From: an uncultured Candidatus Saccharibacteria bacterium
Lineage (GTDB): Bacteria; Patescibacteriota; Minisyncoccia; Phycocordibacterales; DAORIS01
Length of the DNA: 64,000 nt
Assembly (NCBI GenBank): GCA_964644035.1
Contig: CAZXUH010000001.1
Span: 259,712-323,711 of the forward strand
Direction: 5' to 3'
Shown piece after piece: positions 38,390 to 46,519 of the stretch (positions are counted from its first letter, which is position 1; each line of letters starts with the position of its first letter). The notes under the pieces are model-generated. The model had not been told where the DNA came from and made no database searches. It saw only the letters and a list, made by a program, of their open reading frames with translations. The position numbers and the translations under genes are program-made.

Positions 38390-38959
38390 TTATGTAAAGT
38401 TAGTTGCCTTCCTCTTGCTAAATAGTTTGCTGTCATGCTCGTAGTTATCTGTATTCAGGACGATCTTGTATGTCTCATCCATAGGAGCCTTTCCATTGTT
38501 GACGTGGTTGTGTTGAATCTTTGCACTTGGTACAAAGATAAGTTTGCCTTCGCTTCTAAGTCGTTCTGTAAACTCATTATCTGAGAAGTTGTGGATGTAT
38601 CCTTCGTGTAAGTATTTTCGTATTGTGTCTGTATGAGCTAAAGGATGTTGGCAAAGTTTTTCTCCATGTAATTCATTGAAAGGTTCTGCTGCACCGTCAC
38701 CTTTTGGAAAGGCGGTAATGAACGTATTCCAAAGATTCCAGAGCCAATCTTTCTCGACAACTGTATCGCTCCCTAAGACCACTACGTATCCGTTGATTCC
38801 TTGAAGTGCGTTATGAATTGCTTTTACCCAACCTCCATCTGCGTTTTCATAGATCACTACACAATGCTGGACGTTCTGTGTGTGTTCCTCGATAGATGCA
38901 AGTAACTCTTTAAGTCTTGGTCGGCGATCCTTGGTTGTTGGTATGAGGATATAGATCAT
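38390..38959 (-). CDS. GT2-like glycosyltransferase
   Basis: ILIPT, LGSDT, HNFSDNE, IQHNH motifs. Confidence 0.75.
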   Translation of the reverse strand: MIYILIPTTKDRRPRLKELLASIEEHTQNVQHCVVIYENADGGWVKAIHNALQGINGYVVVLGSDTVVEKDWLWNLWNTFITAFPKGDGAAEPFNELHGEKLCQHPLAHTDTIRKYLHEGYIHNFSDNEFTERLRSEGKLIFVPSAKIQHNHVNNGKAPMDETYKIVLNTDNYEHDSKLFSKRKATNFT

Positions 38960-39537
38960 AGTTTGACGTATCTCTGTAAGAGAGTTATTCCATGCCTGAC
39001 TGCCCTGTTTGAGTGGAAGTGAATTTGCTGGAACTCTGGGTATGCTTCCTTGATCCAGTTAACGAATGTCAGTTCATCCGGACAGTGGACCCATTCTTTC
39101 TTCTCATTCATATGTCCGAACTCTGCGTTGAAGACATTGCCCCCTATCCATGTACCTGTGTCGTGGACTGCGATGATAGCCTTCTCAGTCAGATCAGGAA
39201 GCATCTTGATAAATGTCTGCTGGTTTAAACTAAGATCATGAGAAGCATCTAAGAAAGCAAAATCAATATTTCTAACATCTACCTCCTCCTGTGACTTGCG
39301 ATAGAAGTGAAAGCGTTGATCTGCGAATACTGGTTGCTTGGTGTTGTCGTAGCTGTGAAGTTCTGAATCGTGATCCATCACTTCGAGCATTTTCATTGCT
39401 GACTTACCCCAGAAGTGTCCAATCTCCACAACAATCTTAGGGTTAGTCATTCGTATCACTGCCTGTAAGAGAAGTGCATCCTCATCAAGTAGCGGCCCCA
39501 ATTCAATATCTCCAAAATAATTACTTCTCATCTCCAA
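38956..39537 (-). CDS. Class I SAM methyltransferase (Methyltransf_24-like)
   Basis: PKIVVEIG..WGKS, DFAFLDASH, IIAVHDT. Confidence 0.85.
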   Translation of the reverse strand: MEMRSNYFGDIELGPLLDEDALLLQAVIRMTNPKIVVEIGHFWGKSAMKMLEVMDHDSELHSYDNTKQPVFADQRFHFYRKSQEEVDVRNIDFAFLDASHDLSLNQQTFIKMLPDLTEKAIIAVHDTGTWIGGNVFNAEFGHMNEKKEWVHCPDELTFVNWIKEAYPEFQQIHFHSNRAVRHGITLLQRYVKL

Positions 39538-40076
39538 GTTCCTTTGTATTTAGTTATTAAACCGTTATAGAGAACCATGTTCTGTCTTCCATGTTTTATT
39601 TCAAAGATTTCACTCTGAATCGGTAGTACGGGATCAAACTGTAAAGCGTTTGGATCAAGCTTTAAGTACTCCATGTTCCAATGATGCTCTGCGGTGATCG
39701 CTGCTTCCTTATTATCAATCTTTGGAATCCCTATAGCATCGAGGACAGACTTTTTATACTTTCCTAGATATGAATAGAAGCCGGGTGAGAGATGGACTGA
39801 GCCTTCATAGTCAAAGAGCATGTCGAGTAACTTTGGTTCCTTTAAGACGCACGTGTCCATAAGGTGAACAAATTCCGTGAAGATCTCAGCCCCACGCAGA
39901 ATTCCCCCAAGTTCAAACCCATTCCAATCATTGATAACGTTATACGTTCCTTCGATCTCAGGTTTGTATCCACCGTTGGATACAATAAGGACCGGATACA
40001 TATCAGGGATTGAATCAAAACATTCCTTAAGCCAATCTTTAGTATGTTCAGATGTAGTGATTACTATTCCTCTCAT
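39528..40076 (-). CDS. Putative glycosyltransferase-like protein
   Basis: GT-A-like N-terminus GIVITTS..WLKECFDSI, GFELG, HLMDT; cluster context. Confidence 0.5.
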   Translation of the reverse strand: MRGIVITTSEHTKDWLKECFDSIPDMYPVLIVSNGGYKPEIEGTYNVINDWNGFELGGILRGAEIFTEFVHLMDTCVLKEPKLLDMLFDYEGSVHLSPGFYSYLGKYKKSVLDAIGIPKIDNKEAAITAEHHWNMEYLKLDPNALQFDPVLPIQSEIFEIKHGRQNMVLYNGLITKYKGTWR

Positions 40077-40912
40077 TTTGTCTCTGCTCCCGTAAGGAGA
40101 TTAAACCATCGTGTTCTGAGTTTTTCGTATTCTATGAAGTAGTCTCCTTCCCCATATTTTTCATTCATCGATACTCCCCTTGCTTCTTTTTGTAAGTTGA
40201 TAAATGGATCACTTGCCCTGTTGTGATGAACTGTAGCGTATCCGGTGACAGCAGCCCAACCTCTCGCATCTATAACTTTCTTCACTTCTATACCACTCCA
40301 TATATCTGCAAAACGATTAATGTTTCCATACATAGGAGCTTGGTAGAAGTACGGTGTCAGTTCTCGCTTAAACGCCACGTTCATAATGCACATAGGAAAG
40401 AGTACTCCCTTAGGGATAGGCATTCTTCGAGGAGTGACCTCAGGTGTTCCGATAACTAACTGAGTTGAAGCATCGAAGTCTGCCACTCCTTTCCACGCAC
40501 CATGAGATAGGACACATTCTGATTCATCTCTGAGGCTGTAAGGGAAACCTCGCATAAATACTTCATGGACTGTATTCATCCATGATATAGGGTATTTCTT
40601 TGAAAGAGCATCTAGGTGATCTTGAATTGTATCCCCATCTGGCAGAACATCGTCGTCAAGGGAGATGATAATATCCGCACCATCTTTGTATGCTTGATAG
40701 AAACCAAGATTACGGACACCATCATTGAAGTTGTAGATAAGGTCCTTATCCTTCCCCATCACACTCTCAAGTGTCGTACCATTCACAGTTGGATTTTCTC
40801 CATCTTTGACAATGTACAAACTGACGTTATGTTTTTTGAATAGAGATTCCCACGCCTCAAGAAACTTTTTAAGCTGTTCTTCCCTAATCGTCGGTACGAC
40901 GACTGCTATCAT
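40073..40912 (-). CDS. Reversibly glycosylated polypeptide / UDP-arabinopyranose mutase-like (GT75)
   Basis: VVPTIR, SLDDD, RGFPYSLR, SHGAW, DFDASTQLV, IPKGVLFPMCIMNVAF, RFADIWSG, ASDPFINLQKE match plant RGP/UAM motifs from memory. Confidence 0.85.
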   Translation of the reverse strand: MIAVVVPTIREEQLKKFLEAWESLFKKHNVSLYIVKDGENPTVNGTTLESVMGKDKDLIYNFNDGVRNLGFYQAYKDGADIIISLDDDVLPDGDTIQDHLDALSKKYPISWMNTVHEVFMRGFPYSLRDESECVLSHGAWKGVADFDASTQLVIGTPEVTPRRMPIPKGVLFPMCIMNVAFKRELTPYFYQAPMYGNINRFADIWSGIEVKKVIDARGWAAVTGYATVHHNRASDPFINLQKEARGVSMNEKYGEGDYFIEYEKLRTRWFNLLTGAETK

Positions 40913-41014
40913 TTACTGACAACTATCGCAAAGCGCTGCTTCCGCAGGATCGACAGGACAAACTGGCTGGTTATTGCTAACTGGATTTGATACTTGTGAT
41001 GTTTCTTGATTCAT
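40913..41014 (-). CDS. 33-aa microprotein ending VCPVDPAEAALCDSCQ
   Basis: ATG ORF after ATGGTATAAT promoter (41037-41046); stop abuts the RGP start. Confidence 0.6.
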   Translation of the reverse strand: MNQETSQVSNPVSNNQPVCPVDPAEAALCDSCQ

Positions 41015-41037
41015 AAATAGTTAGATTAGTGTATATA

Positions 41038-41259
41038 TTATACCATTTTTTTATCTTTTTTCCTAAGACAAATTAGGCATATTTTCGAACCTTTTATAGC
41101 CACAAATGGGTTTCCACACTTAATACATTTTGGGTACTTCTTTTGCTTTTTCGTCACCACATATTCCTCTGGCGGTACAGGGTCCATGAATGGGGGTTTG
41201 AACTCCAGCAATGGTTTCTCAGGTACGATCTTAATATTTAGTAGGTACTTCTTTTTCAT
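41038..41259 (-). CDS. Small zinc-ribbon protein
   Basis: CIKCG...CLIC. Confidence 0.55.
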   Translation of the reverse strand: MKKKYLLNIKIVPEKPLLEFKPPFMDPVPPEEYVVTKKQKKYPKCIKCGNPFVAIKGSKICLICLRKKDKKMV

Positions 41260-41990
41260 TTCAGTATCTGAGGCAATTCTGTAACTTTTCCTGTTGGCCA
41301 CTTACCACAATTAATACACCAGTACTTCTGACGTGTTCCACTGATTGTTTTGAATGTACCTCTTTTCTGTAGTCGATCACTTCCACAATTAGGGCAGCAA
41401 TCTAACTGGTACAAGCGAGGATGGTTCTTGATCCAAGGACGAAGCTGTTTGTAGACCAATTCAAGTAACACCACATCTTGCTTGTTATACTTGACCATCT
41501 TTCTCCAAGATTCACTGTCACCATCCATACATCCTTTCCAAAGTCCAAATCCACCTGTTTCGTATTTCCTGCCGATTCCCAAATAATCCCCCAGATCATC
41601 CAGCTTGTTTGAATTAAACTTAAAGTTGTTTCTGGCTACCTTTAGAGTATCTACTGTCTGATACGGTGAAGGAGGTGTTAGGCCAGCTTTAGCGAAGAAA
41701 GCATTTACCTTCTTAATGTCGAAAGCGTCTCCGTTGTGAGCAATAACTACGTCTGCTTCATCGAGCAAGTCCCAAAGTTCTTTTATAAGTTCCTTGTCAT
41801 TGAATTTGTCCTTCTTGTACAGAGGAAAGTCTGGGAGTGAACGAGCGTGTACAAACTTTTCATCAAGCCATTTATAAGCGAATGAAAGCATACTGCCCTG
41901 TCTTACGTACTGGAGTACGTCCTGTTCATACTTACCCCAGATGTATCCTAAATTTGGTGATGTCTCTATGTCGAATAATAATATCTTCAT
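41256..41990 (-). CDS. RNase H-like 3'-5' exonuclease (DEDD/YprB-like) with C-terminal Zn ribbon
   Basis: FDIET, HNGDAFD, YNKQDV, CPNCGS...CINCG. Confidence 0.9.
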   Translation of the reverse strand: MKILLFDIETSPNLGYIWGKYEQDVLQYVRQGSMLSFAYKWLDEKFVHARSLPDFPLYKKDKFNDKELIKELWDLLDEADVVIAHNGDAFDIKKVNAFFAKAGLTPPSPYQTVDTLKVARNNFKFNSNKLDDLGDYLGIGRKYETGGFGLWKGCMDGDSESWRKMVKYNKQDVVLLELVYKQLRPWIKNHPRLYQLDCCPNCGSDRLQKRGTFKTISGTRQKYWCINCGKWPTGKVTELPQILK

Positions 41991-42016
41991 TTTTCATGGC
42001 CCCGTTTTTGTTATGT

Positions 42017-42337
42017 TTAATGTTTCTTCTTTAACAGATTGAAGTCTGGATAAAAGTAATCTCTGGTCTGCGTAACCCACTTGATCTTCCTGCAGTAATC
42101 ACACTTACCTTTATAATAGGTAGATAGATCAAACTTTGCTCTCTTAGGTTCTTGGCCGTGGTCCCTTAGGTATGTTAGGCGGTTAGCTTCAATACCGCAA
42201 TCGTCACAGACAATGGTAATGATCGAATCGGTATTGTTTGAATCCAATTCCCTTCGCATCTCCCTTTCTTTGAGGTCAGCCTTTATGACTTGGTGCTCGA
42301 AGATTGCATCTTTCTTTTTCTTATTTGCCTTTTTCAT
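42017..42337 (-). CDS. Hypothetical Zn-binding protein
   Basis: CDDC and CDYC pairs. Confidence 0.6.
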   Translation of the reverse strand: MKKANKKKKDAIFEHQVIKADLKEREMRRELDSNNTDSIITIVCDDCGIEANRLTYLRDHGQEPKRAKFDLSTYYKGKCDYCRKIKWVTQTRDYFYPDFNLLKKKH

Positions 42338-42527
42338 CGTTTTTCCGTTTGATTATTTCTTTCTCGAGGTTTCGAAACTCCTGCTCGTTGAGATGTATGG
42401 TCGTGGAGGAACAGTCGTACGAAAGTGCGACTCGCTTCCTGTAAAAATTGATATTAAACACCCTGGAATCAACAACATTGTTCTTGAGCGTCACAACCTC
42501 ATCGATCTCTATTAAATTATCATTCAT
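42321..42527 (-). CDS. Hypothetical phage protein
   Basis: Packed ORF in early operon. Confidence 0.5.
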   Translation of the reverse strand: MNDNLIEIDEVVTLKNNVVDSRVFNINFYRKRVALSYDCSSTTIHLNEQEFRNLEKEIIKRKNDEKGK

Positions 42528-42802
42528 ACCTTGATATTTACCTTAGCTAATTCCACGTCCATATCATCGACTGATATGTCTATGCCATGATACTCGTCCT
42601 TAGTGATGATCGTGGCGTCAAACAATCCCAGCTTTTCCGCCCATTGCTGAGCGTATTCGACACCTCCCCCTGACCATACATACATATGACAACCATGAGA
42701 CTGGAACCATCTGTAGAGGTCCAGCACGTCGTGTCTAGGCACTTCTCGGCCAGTGATTCCTTTCTTTATAAGAGTTGAGTCAACGTCAAATGCTATTCTC
42801 AT
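42524..42802 (-). CDS. Minimal HAD-superfamily phosphatase
   Basis: IAFDVDSTL, VWSGGG, VDD motifs. Confidence 0.8.
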   Translation of the reverse strand: MRIAFDVDSTLIKKGITGREVPRHDVLDLYRWFQSHGCHMYVWSGGGVEYAQQWAEKLGLFDATIITKDEYHGIDISVDDMDVELAKVNIKV

Positions 42803-43028
42803 TTTTTATCCCCTTGTGTTTATCCGAACATTCCTGACACCAAGCCGATCCATTTCTCCTTTGGTTTTTACACCCTGAGTTTTTGGGGGTAAAAATATAG
42901 ACGGAGTTTTTTTCATCATCCTTAGTAAGCTCAAGTTCAAAGAAACCATTTTTACAAATTATATTCTTTTGAACACTCAGATCATGCCAACCTTTCTTTT
43001 CTGCTAACGTTCTTTGATACGATTCCAT
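42786..43028 (-). CDS. Hypothetical Cys-containing protein
   Basis: Packed ORF, WCQECS. Confidence 0.55.
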   Translation of the reverse strand: MESYQRTLAEKKGWHDLSVQKNIICKNGFFELELTKDDEKNSVYIFTPKNSGCKNQRRNGSAWCQECSDKHKGIKNENSI

Positions 43029-43031
43029 AAT

Positions 43032-43313
43032 TTACATGTTTTTTCTTAATCCGATACTCTTAAGTGTCCCCAGAATCCTTTTTATTTCTTTCGACATTCT
43101 AATAGGAACGTAAGGTGCGAAATGGATTGTTCTAGTTCTATCTGTAAAGAGGTCATAGTGAAGATTTATTCCTTTAGAATCTTCGATATATGCATGAAAC
43201 CTACCATCTCGATCCTCACGAATATAATCACCCCTTGATGACTTTTTTCTGTAACCAACAATTCTTAGGGCAGTAAGTGCATTAACTTTGTACTTCTCAA
43301 GTCCAACTCGCAT
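43032..43313 (-). CDS. Hypothetical basic protein
   Basis: GRFHAYI...NLHYD motif; packed ORF. Confidence 0.6.
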   Translation of the reverse strand: MRVGLEKYKVNALTALRIVGYRKKSSRGDYIREDRDGRFHAYIEDSKGINLHYDLFTDRTRTIHFAPYVPIRMSKEIKRILGTLKSIGLRKNM

Positions 43314-43314
43314 G

Positions 43315-43647
43315 TTATCTACTTATTTTGTTATTAACGTACTCATAAGCTGCTATGTTGAAGAAGACTGCTGCAGCGTGATCCTCGTCTACATCTCCTT
43401 CTGCCCACTGGAAGAAGTGACGGTAGGCTGATGCCCTAAAACGATTCATTTCTTCTTCTGAGTTGGCCAACTGCCAATTCCTTTCCCCGTACTTCACTGC
43501 GCCTCTAGCATAGAGTTCAGCAATCCTTTTAAGCATAGGGACCGGAATAAGATCGTAGCGAGGTTTATCATCTGCCACATCACGATTCATCCCAGACTCA
43601 AACTTCACACGTTTTCCAGAATCCTTAGTTAGATACGTAGTAGGCAT
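43315..43647 (-). CDS. dATP/dGTP diphosphohydrolase-like protein (DUF5664)
   Basis: KPRYDLIP, GAVKYGERNW, SAYRH, EDHAAAVFFN. Confidence 0.85.
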   Translation of the reverse strand: MPTTYLTKDSGKRVKFESGMNRDVADDKPRYDLIPVPMLKRIAELYARGAVKYGERNWQLANSEEEMNRFRASAYRHFFQWAEGDVDEDHAAAVFFNIAAYEYVNNKISR

Positions 43648-43769
43648 AACTCCTTGGTATTACTTTGTTAATTTTTCCTTTCTTTAAACCTTGACCACAA
43701 TCAGGACAACCCTGTCCTCGACACGCAAGCTTCCAACAATTACAGATAAACATCACGCCTTCCTTTTCT

Positions 43770-44192
43770 TTAGACTTCAGAGATAATATTGGAGATTTTT
43801 TCTTTGTAATAATTAATTTTTGACTCATATTCTAATTGGGTAAATTCTTTTGTAATCTTTCCCTTGTATTGATTATCTTTGAACCTTTCGTACAAGGAAT
43901 CTGCTGTACCTTCTCCAAACCTCCTATCAAGCTCATACTTGTATCCGACAGAAGCATCTGGGGTCCATTTAGGGTTATTACACCTTTTGCACTGTGCGTT
44001 GACATTCTTCTCGTCAAATAAAAGACCAAACCCACAATGACCTGCCGCAATATAATGACCAGCATCACAGAGTTTCCAGTGAGCTAGGGGCAAACCACAT
44101 GAGACACAAGTCCCATACTTGTAGTAGTCACGCATCCGGATGAACTGACTGAACACTTTCCAGAACTTTCCTTTATTTCCTTTGTATCTCAA
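43770..44192 (-). CDS. NinG/Rap-like recombination endonuclease
   Basis: FSQFIRMRD, CVSCG, DAGHY, FDEKNVNAQCKRCN. Confidence 0.88.
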   Translation of the reverse strand: MRYKGNKGKFWKVFSQFIRMRDYYKYGTCVSCGLPLAHWKLCDAGHYIAAGHCGFGLLFDEKNVNAQCKRCNNPKWTPDASVGYKYELDRRFGEGTADSLYERFKDNQYKGKITKEFTQLEYESKINYYKEKISNIISEV

Positions 44193-44533
44193 TCAAGTCT
44201 GGCTTTAATATTTTCAATAGCTTTATTCATATTTTCTCGATAGAAGACTTCAAACTCACCTTTCTTGCCCTCTTGCTGCCAGAGAATGAATAGGACACTC
44301 CTAAGCCTTTTACTCGGTGTCTTTTGACCTTCATCTGCATCCTCTTTTGGTAGGTCTGCTGAGGAGAAGGTATTTTCCTTGAAACAGAGATACCCAAACT
44401 TCCCTTGCCTTCGTTTAAGTTCAAGAAAGTCTGTATCTGATAGTTCGTTAGTGGAGAAACTGATACCTGCGCTTCCGTCCGCCTTCGAGGAGAACCGATC
44501 AAGTGTTGCTGGTACTTGAAATGTCTTGTCCAT
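44189..44533 (-). CDS. Hypothetical phage protein
   Basis: KTPSKRLRSVLFILWQQ motif; packed ORF. Confidence 0.7.
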   Translation of the reverse strand: MDKTFQVPATLDRFSSKADGSAGISFSTNELSDTDFLELKRRQGKFGYLCFKENTFSSADLPKEDADEGQKTPSKRLRSVLFILWQQEGKKGEFEVFYRENMNKAIENIKARLD

Positions 44534-44534
44534 G

Positions 44535-44747
44535 TTATTTAGTTATGTACTCCCATACTTTCACAATGAGAGCCAACACTAGAAAGACAGCTATCAGACC
44601 AGCTACCGCCATTAACGGAAGAAGGATTGGTGATAGGACCCAAAACCACGACCACTCCACTACTCCGCAGAGTTTTAGGCCTATGAACAGTATTGCCAGA
44701 AAACCTAGAAAGCTTGGCGTATTATTTACACCTCGGTTGTTTTCCAT
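44535..44747 (-). CDS. Small 2-TM phage membrane protein
   Basis: LFIGLKLCGVVEWSWFWVLSP motif. Confidence 0.75.
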   Translation of the reverse strand: MENNRGVNNTPSFLGFLAILFIGLKLCGVVEWSWFWVLSPILLPLMAVAGLIAVFLVLALIVKVWEYITK

Positions 44748-44749
44748 GA

Positions 44750-44956
44750 TTAGAGTATTTTTCCAATAATAGCCTCTACATGTTCACGCTCCATTGTGTT
44801 CTTTTCGAGTTCAAACTTTACATCCAATGCTTCGTGTTCATCCTTGATATGACTCTTGAGAGTTGCGACCTTTATATCGAATGCTTTTTGTGCGTCTGCG
44901 ATCTTTTCTTTTATTGCCGCCATTACTGCCTTATATATTGTGCTTTTACCGAACAT
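44750..44956 (-). CDS. Hypothetical coiled-coil protein
   Basis: Packed ORF. Confidence 0.6.
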   Translation of the reverse strand: MFGKSTIYKAVMAAIKEKIADAQKAFDIKVATLKSHIKDEHEALDVKFELEKNTMEREHVEAIIGKIL

Positions 44957-44960
44957 ATGT

Positions 44961-45245
44961 TTATTTGTTAGCTTTATTAACTTTTAAACCTGCTTTGTTT
45001 CTTAAAATCCCCATAAAGTACTTGAACGAATTTGTTCCTCCTATCTTGAGCCACTTCTGGTATGCAATCCAACTGTCTCTGATTAGCGGGACTGAGAACT
45101 CTTCTTTATAAAAAAGTCCCCAAATCTGTGACGGCCGTGTATTTGTGAAATGGTCTTGCAGTTCTTTACCTAATGATTGAAACTCGTGCATTTCCTTCTG
45201 TGACACCGAAAACTTACGTAGATACTCGTCTGCCTTAATGTCCAT
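44961..45245 (-). CDS. Hypothetical protein, DnaD/DnaB_2-like C-terminal motif
   Basis: FKYFMGILRNK resembles the Y..GIL.N motif of replisome-organiser domains (weak). Confidence 0.5.
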   Translation of the reverse strand: MDIKADEYLRKFSVSQKEMHEFQSLGKELQDHFTNTRPSQIWGLFYKEEFSVPLIRDSWIAYQKWLKIGGTNSFKYFMGILRNKAGLKVNKANK

Positions 45246-45295
45246 TGCTTTATAACGGAGCGTTAGGTTAGTTGGTAATCCCGATTTTTTACAAA

Positions 45296-45538
45296 CTACT
45301 TCTTTACTTTTATATCCATCAATCCCAAAAGTTTATCTGCGCTATAATCACCATAAACTGCATCTGTGATGTGTCCGTAATAATCAATTCCTAAATCTGG
45401 TTTCTCTTTAAGAACTTCTGCAATCAACTTTTCGCATTCTTTTAGTTTTTCATTTTGCATTCTCGCAATCGCAATCACACCGACTATAACTAAATAATCC
45501 TTCTTGCTTATCGTGCTTTGTTTTTTGACTTTATTCAT
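45296..45538 (-). CDS. Hypothetical phage protein
   Basis: ATG ORF in early operon. Confidence 0.6.
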   Translation of the reverse strand: MNKVKKQSTISKKDYLVIVGVIAIARMQNEKLKECEKLIAEVLKEKPDLGIDYYGHITDAVYGDYSADKLLGLMDIKVKK

Positions 45539-46076
45539 TTACAATCTTATTTTTTCATTTTGTAATTATCGACCAAGGCGCACTCCCCACTTTTCCTTCT
45601 GATAACCAATATGAGGCCAAATACTTACTGCTCTATATCTCTACTTCTTCCTCTTATATCTAGAATAAAAAAGGCGCAATTTATTTTTTTAAGATACAGA
45701 TCAGACGGCTCGGACAGAGTGGTCAACTGTTTTACCGAGCTTTCGCATCAATACCCTAAAAAAACTTTTGTTTTACAGACATTTTTGTTTGAGATGAACA
45801 AGGACCGTGGGGTGAGCTACTCTCCCCTTTCTTAAGCACCGGTTAACGCCGAAGCGTAAAGGACTTATACCTTTAGTGCTATGCATGGCTCAATGCACGG
45901 TCTTTATTCACCTCACGGAGATACACCTGACTACTCCGTTCGTATTTGACAATGTGCCTTGATAGGCATGTGTGACCCGTAAACTTTTACTGACCCCGTA
46001 TACAAGGCGTGGAAGACTTTATGTTCGTCTACCAGTTGACGAGTCGCATCTGCTTACCAAGTTCCGTTTTCACGGG

Positions 46077-46118
46077 TGCTATGGATAGGAGTCGAACCTA
46101 TCTTTGACCACTCACAGC
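46077..46118 (-). ncRNA. 42-nt tRNA minihelix-like element
   Basis: GCTGTG-AGTGGTCAAA-GATAGG-TTCGACT-CCTATC-CATAGC-A. Confidence 0.55.
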
Positions 46119-46261
46119 GGGCGGGGTTTTTGTCCTGATCCGTCGATCAGATTTTGTCCCCCTCAAAACGATAATGGTCTCTATTGTTCGGCTGGTTGTA
46201 CTACCAGCTAAGACTCTCCGATCTTCTGAACTCGTCGGTCCTCGGAGCAATAAAGATGCCC

Positions 46262-46459
46262 TCACGTCGACTTTTTGATGTACTTGTTGCTTTTCTTCTT
46301 CTCCCTTAGACTCACTATTTGTCCATAACTCGCAAGAAGAAGACCGTCCATTCTTTCGGCTATAGCTTCTGAAAATTTGACATGGAAGCCAACAAGTGAC
46401 TGGTACTTAACCGCCAGCGACTCCTTCTTTGGCTTCCTTCTCCTTATTCTTGTTGCCAT
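46262..46459 (-). CDS. Small basic protein
   Basis: ATG ORF with structured leader. Confidence 0.55.
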   Translation of the reverse strand: MATRIRRRKPKKESLAVKYQSLVGFHVKFSEAIAERMDGLLLASYGQIVSLREKKKSNKYIKKST

Positions 46460-46519
46460 AGTTTGAGAGCTAAAGCCCTCATCTCTACCCCCGTTCTCGC
46501 TAGGGGCAGGATGATGGTT

